The translations under genes were made by a program, and so were the position numbers. The notes beneath the pieces were generated by a model. It made no database searches. It was not told the DNA's origin and was given only the letters and a program-made list of their open reading frames with translations. DNA of 64,000 bases from a virus. Each line of letters starts with the position of its first letter. Position 1 is the stretch's first letter. This document shows positions 41,456-47,493 of this stretch, one piece after another. Location of the stretch: IMG/VR virus record IMGVR_UViG_3300044971_004534. One strand, written 5' to 3'.

Positions 41456-41489
41456 CTCGTTTTCCCCCTTCCCCGGTGGGGTTGCGGTG
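41456..41489 (+). promoter_or_regulatory. conserved intergenic cassette copy 26
   Basis: core 41456-41468; TTG +14..16; leader with GAAAGGA to ATG 41532. Confidence 0.55.
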
Positions 41490-41531
41490 TTGCCCGCCGT
41501 GGGCAGCAGACGCAACAAGAAAGGACGAACG

Positions 41532-41960
41532 ATGACGATGACGAAGATCAGCCTCGATGTGAAGTCGAAGGGTGCTGCGGAGATCGTGAAGGAACTCCTC
41601 AACCTCCCCGAAGGCTTCACCTCCGGTCGCGTGGAAGTGGCGTTCAACTTCACCGCCGACAAGGGTGCGGACGAGACTTACACCGCCGTGCAGGAACTCT
41701 GCCCGTGGACGCTCGTGGCGGTTCTCATGTCCAAGATCAACGGGGTTACGCAGGATGCCGTGATCGACTGCATCCCCACGATCATGGAGATGAACGACAA
41801 GCAGCGCAAGGTGCTGCGCGAGTCGCTGAAGGAGTCCACCACGAAGCGGCTTGAGGAGATGGGCGCATTCGTGCAGAAGGTGCGCTCCGGCAAGACGCGC
41901 ATCGAAGTGGCGGGCGATGCCACCGTGACGGGGGATAACCTCCCGGTCGCAACCGCCTAA
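41532..41960 (+). CDS. hypothetical protein
   Basis: ATG 41532 in frame of ORF-track 41487..41960. Confidence 0.6.
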   Translation: MTMTKISLDVKSKGAAEIVKELLNLPEGFTSGRVEVAFNFTADKGADETYTAVQELCPWTLVAVLMSKINGVTQDAVIDCIPTIMEMNDKQRKVLRESLKESTTKRLEEMGAFVQKVRSGKTRIEVAGDATVTGDNLPVATA

Positions 41961-42001
41961 CAGACCCCCGGAACGGAGGGGAGGCAAGTAGTGCGCCTCC
42001 C

Positions 42002-42035
42002 CTCTTTTTCCCCCTCAACCGGAGTATTTGCGGCA
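42002..42035 (+). promoter_or_regulatory. conserved intergenic cassette copy 27 (leaderless class)
   Basis: core 42002-42014 overlapping hairpin 41976-42004; TTG +14..16; ATG 42035 at +21. Confidence 0.55.
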
Positions 42036-42148
42036 TGGACACAATCATCCTCATGCTCATCGGATCGAACCTTGCCTTGATTGGCTACCTGTGCCACAAG
42101 GACATGAAGGGCAAGCGCAGCAAGTCGCGCAGGAAGGCAACGGCGTGA
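42035..42148 (+). CDS. small membrane protein (37 aa)
   Basis: Hand-translated MDTIILMLIGSNLALIGYLCHKDMKGKRSKSRRKATA; start fixed by cassette geometry; GTGA overlap with next gene. Confidence 0.4.
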   Translation: MDTIILMLIGSNLALIGYLCHKDMKGKRSKSRRKATA

Positions 42149-42456
42149 AGTCGAACCCTTACATTCAGATGCTTGAACCTCTCATCGGTGGAACGATCAC
42201 GAAGATCATCTACGATGAAAGCGACCCGCATGGTGATCCGTTCTGCGGCTTCATCGTGACGCGACCCGAAGCCGTGTATCAGGTGATTGCCTTGCGTGAT
42301 CCCGAAGGCAACGGAGCCGGGTTCGTGGAAGTGACGAAGGTAAGAACTTGGCTGAAGGACACTTGCGACAAGTGTGGCGGACTGATCAACGGGATTGACA
42401 AGTTCCCCGCAGTTGGTACAATGGGCGTACCGATCTGCACAGATTGCGACAACTAA
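42145..42456 (+). CDS. hypothetical protein
   Basis: GTG 42145 after AGGAAGG, frame of ORF-track 42028..42456. Confidence 0.5.
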   Translation: MKSNPYIQMLEPLIGGTITKIIYDESDPHGDPFCGFIVTRPEAVYQVIALRDPEGNGAGFVEVTKVRTWLKDTCDKCGGLINGIDKFPAVGTMGVPICTDCDN

Positions 42457-42502
42457 TCCTTTCTGCGAAGGGAGTGCGTTCCGAAGTGAATGCGCTCCCT
42501 TC

Positions 42503-42536
42503 CTCTTTTTCCCCCTGTTCCCCGCCTCTTGGGTTG
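42503..42536 (+). promoter_or_regulatory. conserved intergenic cassette copy 28
   Basis: core 42503-42515 after hairpin 42467-42502; TTG +14..16; leader with AAAGGAG to ATG 42554. Confidence 0.55.
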
Positions 42537-42553
42537 TCGAAAGGAGACAACGA

Positions 42554-42805
42554 ATGGGTTACAAGCAGATTGGTCGCCTCATCGTTTCGCAAGATGAGAG
42601 CGAGTGGATTGACATCAAGCGTCCGTGTGTCGTGACGGGTGAACCGTACAGCGTCAGCGTTCGCCGCACCGATTGGGATGCGTGGAAGGGCGGCAAGTTG
42701 GCGCAACTTGCGTTCCCTTACCTCTCCCGCGAGGATCGTGAGTTCATCATCAGCGGAACCAGCCCGCAAGGTTGGGAGGAGTTGTTTGGAGGTAACGATG
42801 AGTGA
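42554..42805 (+). CDS. hypothetical protein
   Basis: ATG 42554 in frame of ORF-track 42395..42805. Confidence 0.6.
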   Translation: MGYKQIGRLIVSQDESEWIDIKRPCVVTGEPYSVSVRRTDWDAWKGGKLAQLAFPYLSREDREFIISGTSPQGWEELFGGNDE

Positions 42806-42938
42806 TCCATCGCTAGACCCCTCTGACGAGGACAACTACGACGGCGGCGAGTTCTTCTACGAGGAGCCGTCTGACGAGCCAATGTGGGAGCCAAACGAGT
42901 TCTACACCGATCCCATGTACGGGTCGGAAACTTTCTAA
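42798..42938 (+). CDS. small acidic protein (46 aa)
   Basis: ATG 42798, 8-nt overlap; MSDPSLDPSDEDNYDGGEFFYEEPSDEP...; frame of ORF-track 42639..42938. Confidence 0.4.
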   Translation: MSDPSLDPSDEDNYDGGEFFYEEPSDEPMWEPNEFYTDPMYGSETF

Positions 42939-42986
42939 TCTTCTTGCGTCCTGCGGGGCGGGGTACTTCCTTTCCCCCGCCCCGCT

Positions 42987-43020
42987 ATCTTTTTCCCCCT
43001 TTGCCGACAAACTTCTAGCA
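42987..43020 (+). promoter_or_regulatory. conserved intergenic cassette copy 29 (leaderless class)
   Basis: core ATCTTTTTCCCCC 42987-42999 after hairpin 42953-42985; TTC at +14..16 (variant); ATG 43020 at +21. Confidence 0.5.
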
Positions 43021-43244
43021 TGGACAAGAGAACTTCCCCCATCAACGGTCTGTACCTCCACGATGTCTACACCGATGCTGCCCGCATCAAGTCGTGCTTC
43101 CCGTGGGCTGATGTGAAGCCCGGAATGGAGATGGAGTGCTGGTCTACTCCGTTCAACTTCCCGTCGCCCACCGATTTCAACATCCTCATGCTGCGAGACA
43201 TGAACGGCGAACTGATCGCCACGAAGCGCGAGGAGGGTTACTAA
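43020..43244 (+). CDS. hypothetical protein
   Basis: ORF track. Confidence 0.55.
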   Translation: MDKRTSPINGLYLHDVYTDAARIKSCFPWADVKPGMEMECWSTPFNFPSPTDFNILMLRDMNGELIATKREEGY

Positions 43245-43247
43245 ACC

Positions 43248-43281
43248 CTCTTTTTCCCCCACCGTGGTAGACTTTTGGGCA
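43248..43281 (+). promoter_or_regulatory. conserved intergenic cassette copy 30
   Basis: core 43248-43260 after hairpin 43233-43250; TTG +15..17; A 43281 at +21; GAAAGGA leader to ATG 43299. Confidence 0.5.
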
Positions 43282-43298
43282 GAAAGGAACTTCCCCCA

Positions 43299-43487
43299 AT
43301 GGCTGAACTGCGAGTCACGATCAACCTGAACAACGACGCCTTCCATGTGGACGAGTTCAACGAGGTGTCCCGCGTCTTTGAGAGTCTTGCGCGCAAGGTG
43401 GCGCGAGGCGACATGAGGAACCACGCCATCATGGACTCCAACGGCAACACGGTCGGTTCGTTCACCGTGATTGACGAGGATGCGTGA
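43299..43487 (+). CDS. hypothetical protein
   Basis: ATG 43299 in frame of ORF-track 43275..43487. Confidence 0.55.
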   Translation: MAELRVTINLNNDAFHVDEFNEVSRVFESLARKVARGDMRNHAIMDSNGNTVGSFTVIDEDA

Positions 43488-43708
43488 TGGAGTATCCCAA
43501 CAAGTGCATCAAGTGCGGAGAGGTTCACCAAGACCCCAACGCAGGACGATGGACGGAATGCAGGGAGTGCGAGGCTCGTAGCCCAAGAGTCATCACCCCT
43601 TCCTACTTCCATTTCGTGACGGGAATGACAGACGAACAACTGGAGGCAACCTATGAAGCCCAACGACAACTCGTCCTCAACCACAAGCGGAACAAAGTGC
43701 GGATGTGA
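43487..43708 (+). CDS. Zn-ribbon small protein
   Basis: ATG 43487 (TGATG overlap; ORF track lists GTG 43484); CIKC...CREC. Confidence 0.55.
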   Translation: MEYPNKCIKCGEVHQDPNAGRWTECRECEARSPRVITPSYFHFVTGMTDEQLEATYEAQRQLVLNHKRNKVRM

Positions 43709-43826
43709 CGGGTGTGACGGGTCATTCGATCCCGATGCCCTCACGGAGTGCAGGTACGACTATCCCGATGAATCGTGGGAGTGGTTCAAGTTCTGCCCCG
43801 ATTGCCTCAAGGCTGACGCATTCTAG
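43653..43826 (+). CDS. Zn-ribbon small protein (57 aa), overlaps previous gene by 56 nt
   Basis: Hand-translated MKPNDNSSSTTSGTKCGCDGCDGSFDPDALTECRYDYPDESWEWFKFCPDCLKADAF; GGAGG 6 nt before the ATG. Confidence 0.4.
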   Translation: MKPNDNSSSTTSGTKCGCDGCDGSFDPDALTECRYDYPDESWEWFKFCPDCLKADAF

Positions 43827-43834
43827 GCAGCCGC

Positions 43835-43868
43835 CTCGTTTTCCCCCTGCCTCGCACCGCTTGGGGCA
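43835..43868 (+). promoter_or_regulatory. conserved intergenic cassette copy 31
   Basis: core 43835-43847; TTG +14..16; A 43868 at +21; leader GAAAGGAAACTC to ATG 43881. Confidence 0.55.
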
Positions 43869-43880
43869 GAAAGGAAACTC

Positions 43881-44198
43881 ATGCAGCCCAAGTATGTGAA
43901 CCTCACCGACAAGCCCGCTGACTACTCCGACAACAACGGTCACGGTCAGCCCACCCACCTCCAGTCGCGTAGCACCGGAAGGTGGATCAAGACTCCCGAT
44001 GGCTACTGCCGTCGTGACGATGGCATCATCTCCCACAAGTACCTCAAGAACGAGGAAGGCGAGTGGGAGTGGTTCCCCGTCCCGTCTACGGAGGAACTCA
44101 ACTTCATGGCGTTCGACTCCGTGTGCCAAACGCCGTGGGGCGACGATGTGGAACCCGATCACCCCAAGTCGTGGCTCCGCATCTTGGGAATGATCTGA
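43881..44198 (+). CDS. hypothetical protein
   Basis: ORF track. Confidence 0.6.
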   Translation: MQPKYVNLTDKPADYSDNNGHGQPTHLQSRSTGRWIKTPDGYCRRDDGIISHKYLKNEEGEWEWFPVPSTEELNFMAFDSVCQTPWGDDVEPDHPKSWLRILGMI

Positions 44199-44250
44199 AC
44201 CCCCGGAAGGGATGGGGGAGTTGATGGCAACATCCTCCCCTGTCCTTCCT

Positions 44251-44284
44251 CTCGTTTTCCCCCAGTCGGGTAGTTTTTCGGGCA
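44251..44284 (+). promoter_or_regulatory. conserved intergenic cassette copy 32
   Basis: core 44251-44263; TTC at +14..16 (variant); A 44284 at +21; GAAAGG leader to ATG 44302. Confidence 0.5.
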
Positions 44285-44301
44285 ACAAGAAAGGTACTTC
44301 A

Positions 44302-44523
44302 ATGAACGACACCCTCCTCAGCATCTTCATGGCTTGCGACACGATCAAGGCGACCATCCTTGAGAACGCTCAACTCAAGGAGGAGAATGCTCAACTCCGT
44401 GAGCGCATCAAGGCGGCTGACGCTGCGCGTGATGAGGGATTCCGTTCTGCGGAGCGGTATCACGAGGAGATGGTGAAGTCCCTGCTCAGCGGGGAACTCA
44501 TCGTCAACAGGGGAGGAAACTAG
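44302..44523 (+). CDS. hypothetical coiled-coil protein
   Basis: ATG 44302 in frame of ORF-track 44212..44523. Confidence 0.55.
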   Translation: MNDTLLSIFMACDTIKATILENAQLKEENAQLRERIKAADAARDEGFRSAERYHEEMVKSLLSGELIVNRGGN

Positions 44524-44531
44524 GCAACCGC

Positions 44532-44565
44532 CTCGTTTTCCCCCTTCCCCGCTCCCGTTAGGACA
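44532..44565 (+). promoter_or_regulatory. conserved intergenic cassette copy 33
   Basis: core 44532-44544; TTA +14..16; A 44565 at +21; leader hairpin GCCCC-aaa-GGGGC plus GAAAGGA to ATG 44596. Confidence 0.55.
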
Positions 44566-44595
44566 CAGCCCCAAAGGGGCAGAAAGGATCGCAAG

Positions 44596-44958
44596 ATGAA
44601 GAAGATGCTCGTTATCAAGATGAACGGTCAGGTGGAGGAGCGCGAGAACACGGGTCTGGAGTCCCTCCAGTCGGGTGTCGGTGGCTGGATCGAAGGCATC
44701 GACTTGGGCAACGGCGCGATGATGTACTGCAACGAGGAGGGCAAGTGCAACGGTCTGCCCGCTAACCTCGTCGCTACGCGCCTCTACGAGAACGCATTCG
44801 GCAAGGGCATCGACATCGTCGTGGGCGATGTGGTCATCGTCGGCTACATCTCCCCCTCCGGTGAGAACGACGGCGAGGACTACGACTACCCCGCGTGGGT
44901 GTCGGACGCAGCACGCAAGGAAGCGGAAGCGTTCGCACCGCGCTGCACGGTGTCGTGA
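44596..44958 (+). CDS. DUF3846-like protein
   Basis: LQSGVGGWIEGIDL...YCNEEGKCNGLPAN matches my memory of DUF3846. Confidence 0.65.
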   Translation: MKKMLVIKMNGQVEERENTGLESLQSGVGGWIEGIDLGNGAMMYCNEEGKCNGLPANLVATRLYENAFGKGIDIVVGDVVIVGYISPSGENDGEDYDYPAWVSDAARKEAEAFAPRCTVS

Positions 44959-44995
44959 ACAAGAGAAGGGGAGGGAGTCGAAAGGCTCCCTCCCT

Positions 44996-45029
44996 CTCTT
45001 TTTCCCCTCGCACCGCACTGCTTGGGGCA
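44996..45029 (+). promoter_or_regulatory. conserved intergenic cassette copy 34
   Basis: core CTCTTTTTCCCCT 44996-45008 after hairpin 44968-44995; TTG +14..16; A 45029 at +21; GAAAGGA leader to ATG 45047. Confidence 0.55.
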
Positions 45030-45046
45030 GAAAGGAAAGCAACAGA

Positions 45047-45217
45047 ATGGGTAAGGGAATGATTCGAATCGCCGTAGTGATCTGTGTGGCGTTCACCGTG
45101 TCTGCCGCCATCATGTGGGCATTCATCAACTGGCTAGACGCCAATCCCGTAGTGGTGGCTGGGTTCCTTGGAATGGGCTACGCAAGCAACCATTTCTTCA
45201 ACCCACCGCGCCGCTAG
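45047..45217 (+). CDS. small membrane protein (56 aa)
   Basis: ATG 45047 in frame of ORF-track 44828..45217; IRIAVVICVAFTVSAAIMWAF helix. Confidence 0.45.
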   Translation: MGKGMIRIAVVICVAFTVSAAIMWAFINWLDANPVVVAGFLGMGYASNHFFNPPRR

Positions 45218-45277
45218 CACCGAAGCACCGCACCGCGCACCGCTTTTCGCGGGGAAGGGAATCTAGGGGAACAAATC

Positions 45278-45311
45278 CTCTTTTTCCCCTCCCCGCCAAG
45301 CCGTTGGAACA
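45278..45311 (+). promoter_or_regulatory. conserved intergenic cassette copy 35
   Basis: core CTCTTTTTCCCCT 45278-45290; TTG +14..16; A 45311 at +21; GAAAGGA leader to ATG 45325. Confidence 0.55.
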
Positions 45312-45324
45312 GAAAGGAACCCCC

Positions 45325-45552
45325 ATGAACGAAGAATGGTGGAAGAACACCAAGCCAGACCCGGTCAGGAGTGGCTACAGCGTGGTCGATACGGTCACGC
45401 TGGAGGAACGCGAACTCTCCGTACATGACGCAAACCACCGCTTGCAGCAGGAATGCAACTCCCTGCGGGCGAAACTGCGAAACATGGAGGAGCAGATCAA
45501 GAAGTTGCAGATCGAACGCGACCTGCTCATGCAGATCGTTCTCAAGAAGTAA
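45325..45552 (+). CDS. hypothetical coiled-coil protein
   Basis: ATG 45325 in frame of ORF-track 45115..45552. Confidence 0.55.
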   Translation: MNEEWWKNTKPDPVRSGYSVVDTVTLEERELSVHDANHRLQQECNSLRAKLRNMEEQIKKLQIERDLLMQIVLKK

Positions 45553-45580
45553 GCCACATACGGCTCACTTCCACCTGTGG

Positions 45581-45614
45581 CTCGTTTTCCCCCTCTCCCT
45601 CCCCTCTTGGGGAG
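45581..45614 (+). promoter_or_regulatory. conserved intergenic cassette copy 36
   Basis: core 45581-45593 after hairpin 45553-45581; TTG +14..16; GAAAGGA leader to ATG 45633. Confidence 0.55.
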
Positions 45615-45632
45615 CAGAAAGGAAGAAACGCC

Positions 45633-45791
45633 ATGAAGTCAGTCGTAGACATCGCTCGCAAGATCGCGTGGGAGACTCGCAGGGACGAGATCGCTGCGGG
45701 TCGTCGCGTCCGCTCCAAGACTTGGGGCAAGAAGTCGCGTGATCCCCGCAAGGCACGACGCGAAAGCAGGCGCGAACTCTCGCGTATGTAG
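45633..45791 (+). CDS. small basic protein (52 aa)
   Basis: ATG 45633 in frame of ORF-track 45453..45791. Confidence 0.45.
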   Translation: MKSVVDIARKIAWETRRDEIAAGRRVRSKTWGKKSRDPRKARRESRRELSRM

Positions 45792-45810
45792 AGCGCGCCC
45801 AAGCAGCCGC

Positions 45811-45844
45811 CTCGTTTTCCCCCTGCCCCGCTCCCGTTGGGTCA
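45811..45844 (+). promoter_or_regulatory. conserved intergenic cassette copy 37
   Basis: core 45811-45823; TTG +14..16; A 45844 at +21; leader hairpin plus GAAAGGA to ATG 45875. Confidence 0.55.
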
Positions 45845-45874
45845 GCCCCAAAGGGGCAGAAAGGACGCTGCAAC

Positions 45875-46078
45875 ATGAAGAAGCAGCACGACGCGGGTTT
45901 CGGGTGCATGGGGGACACGGTGGAGGTGGAGGCGCGTGTGACCGGCAAGGGCGGGCGGTCGTGGACGAGCCTCGACCGCAAGGTGGAGGCGGAGGGGCAG
46001 AGCCTCGCCTACATGGGTCGCCTGTGGTTCTGCGGCAAGGTCTGGGAATGCCCGACCCCTGAAACCGCCCTCGCCTGA
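45875..46078 (+). CDS. hypothetical protein
   Basis: ORF track. Confidence 0.55.
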   Translation: MKKQHDAGFGCMGDTVEVEARVTGKGGRSWTSLDRKVEAEGQSLAYMGRLWFCGKVWECPTPETALA

Positions 46079-46149
46079 AGCGGCGGAACCGTCCCCGAAG
46101 GGGAGCCGAAAGCGGCTCCCCTTCCTCATTTGGTGAACTAGGCAGCCGT

Positions 46150-46183
46150 ATCGTTTTCCCCCTGCCTCGCTCCCGTTGTGGTG
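46150..46183 (+). promoter_or_regulatory. conserved intergenic cassette copy 38
   Basis: core ATCGTTTTCCCCC 46150-46162; TTG +14..16; leader hairpin GCCCC-aac-GGGGC plus GAAAGGA to ATG 46216. Confidence 0.55.
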
Positions 46184-46215
46184 TAGCCCCAACGGGGCAG
46201 AAAGGATACGCAAGA

Positions 46216-46698
46216 ATGGACAAGCAGCAGAAGATGTCGGCTCTCGCGCAGATCATCGGGAGCAACCCGCAGAAGGCGGAGTTCGCGGCGAGCCTCCTGG
46301 GTGCGCTGGCGAAGGGCAACCCGACCCCCAAGCAGGCGGAGTGGATCGACCGCCTCATCAACGAGGAAGCGAACCCCGTCCCGTCGCTCACGCTCGCCCC
46401 GCTCGTGGAGGCGTTCCGCGCAGCGGCGCAGGCGGTCAAGTTCCCGAAGGTCGTCGTGGAGGCTGACGGCGTGGAGTGGACGCTCTCGTACACTCGCCCC
46501 GACTCCGACAAGGCGAAGCCCGAGAACAAGGACACGGTGGGCATCGCATCGGGCAAGTGGGGCGACCCCGCCGCGAAGTGGGCAGGGCGCATCCTCGCGG
46601 ATGGCACGGTGAAGTGGGGCAAGGACGCGACCCCCGCTCTCGCGGACGCCATCGCCGCCATCCCGACCGCTCCGCTCCCCCTCAAGACGCGGAAGTGA
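46216..46698 (+). CDS. hypothetical protein
   Basis: ORF track. Confidence 0.6.
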   Translation: MDKQQKMSALAQIIGSNPQKAEFAASLLGALAKGNPTPKQAEWIDRLINEEANPVPSLTLAPLVEAFRAAAQAVKFPKVVVEADGVEWTLSYTRPDSDKAKPENKDTVGIASGKWGDPAAKWAGRILADGTVKWGKDATPALADAIAAIPTAPLPLKTRK

Positions 46699-46733
46699 AC
46701 AGCGGAGGGGCGGGAGTCGAAAGGCTCCCGCCC

Positions 46734-46767
46734 CTCGTTTTCCCCCTGCACCGCACCCGTTGTGGTG
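46734..46767 (+). promoter_or_regulatory. conserved intergenic cassette copy 39
   Basis: core 46734-46746 after hairpin 46707-46734; TTG +14..16; same leader as copy 38 to ATG 46798. Confidence 0.55.
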
Positions 46768-46797
46768 TAGCCCCAACGGGGCAGAAAGGATCGAACG

Positions 46798-47061
46798 ATG
46801 CCCAAGTGGATCGTCGGAACGCAGTACATGGAGAACTACGGCGACAGCGAGAAGCCGTACTGGAAGGCGAAGGGCGGCAGCGACTACGCCGTGGAAGCCG
46901 CAACCGCCGCCGATGCGGAGCGCGTGGTGCAGGAGAAGAAGTGCCACAAGACCGACTACTCCGAGGAGTACATCATCGGCACCACGATCCCCTACGAGCA
47001 GTTCGTGCAGGAGTGCCGCGACCACCCGTGGATGATCGAAGGGGTCGAAACAGTCGCCTAA
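46798..47061 (+). CDS. hypothetical protein
   Basis: ORF track; last gene of the GC-rich block. Confidence 0.6.
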   Translation: MPKWIVGTQYMENYGDSEKPYWKAKGGSDYAVEAATAADAERVVQEKKCHKTDYSEEYIIGTTIPYEQFVQECRDHPWMIEGVETVA

Positions 47062-47066
47062 TCAAC

Positions 47067-47133
47067 GGGAGCCACACGGCTCCCCATCCTTTCCGCCCTG
47101 TCCCCCTAAAGGAGGACGGGGCGTGTTTCTTTG
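47067..47133 (+). terminator. two tandem hairpins, second with U-tract
   Basis: GGGAGCC-acac-GGCTCCC (47067-47084), then CGCCCTGTCC...GGACGGGGCG (47094-47123) followed by TGTTTCTTT. Confidence 0.65.
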
Positions 47134-47144
47134 CATAGGCAGAA

Positions 47145-47258
47145 AGCCGGTATGGAAGAAAGCAGCGAACAGAGACAGCCGGTATCGAAAGAGTTTGCAG
47201 AATCGGACAGCCGGTATGGAAGCATCCAAACCAACGGTCTGAATCCATCCAAACCAAC
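47145..47258 (+). repeat. short direct repeats in a non-coding junction
   Basis: AGCCGGTATGGAAG 47145 and 47209, AGCCGGTATCGAAA 47177 (about 32-nt period); CATCCAAACCAAC at 47223 and 47246. Confidence 0.8.
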
Positions 47259-47341
47259 TGGGCAGCATGGCAGGTAGCCAAAGGGTCGTACACTATACCC
47301 CCCACCCGGGGGTGCTTATATAGGGGTGATTTGGCTGGAGG

Positions 47342-47377
47342 GGGATACCTTAGCCCCTCTTCTCTTTTTTGTAATAA
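47342..47377 (+). promoter_or_regulatory. GGGATACCTTAG motif plus TGTAATAA (-10-like), copy 1
   Basis: motif 47342-47353; TAATAA 47372-47377, 18 nt after CCTTAG. Confidence 0.35.
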
Positions 47378-47434
47378 ATCCTGGTTTAAAAAATAGGGGC
47401 ATAAAAATATAAGATTTATGATTTTGAAAAAAGG

Positions 47435-47469
47435 GGGATACCTTAGCGGGAGTGTATGAATGGTAATAT
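47435..47469 (+). promoter_or_regulatory. GGGATACCTTAG motif plus TGGTAATAT (extended -10), copy 2
   Basis: motif 47435-47446; TAATAT 47464-47469, 17 nt after CCTTAG; ATG 47494 downstream. Confidence 0.4.
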
Positions 47470-47493
47470 TTTATTTTTACGGGGGGTGTGTAA

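Noticed and set aside
43705-43899. 64-aa ORF-track entry
   Set aside because: It reads straight through cassette copy 31 and has a low-complexity Ser/Pro/Arg composition. An alternative frame gives a convincing Zn-ribbon protein with its own SD.
16508-46767. Could the regularly recurring 13-mer be a CRISPR array or a REP/MITE-type repeat?
   Set aside because: The spacing is irregular (79 to over 3000 bp) and the intervening sequence is protein-coding. The repeat is strictly single-stranded in orientation and phased to start codons. No cas genes are present.
45639-47025. 396-aa and 295-aa minus-strand ORFs (45639..46829, 46138..47025) and other long alternative frames at 44-47 kb
   Set aside because: This is the most GC-rich stretch, so stop codons are rare in all frames. 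These ORFs run across several cassette/terminator elements and four well-spaced + strand genes with SD sequences.
47062-47493. Prophage-host junction (attL/attR) at the compositional break
   Set aside because: There is no integrase or excisionase, no tRNA/tmRNA 3' fragment duplicated here, and no change in gene density or strand bias. The AT-rich side keeps phage-like overlapping small genes. This is left open as an alternative in the findings rather than called.
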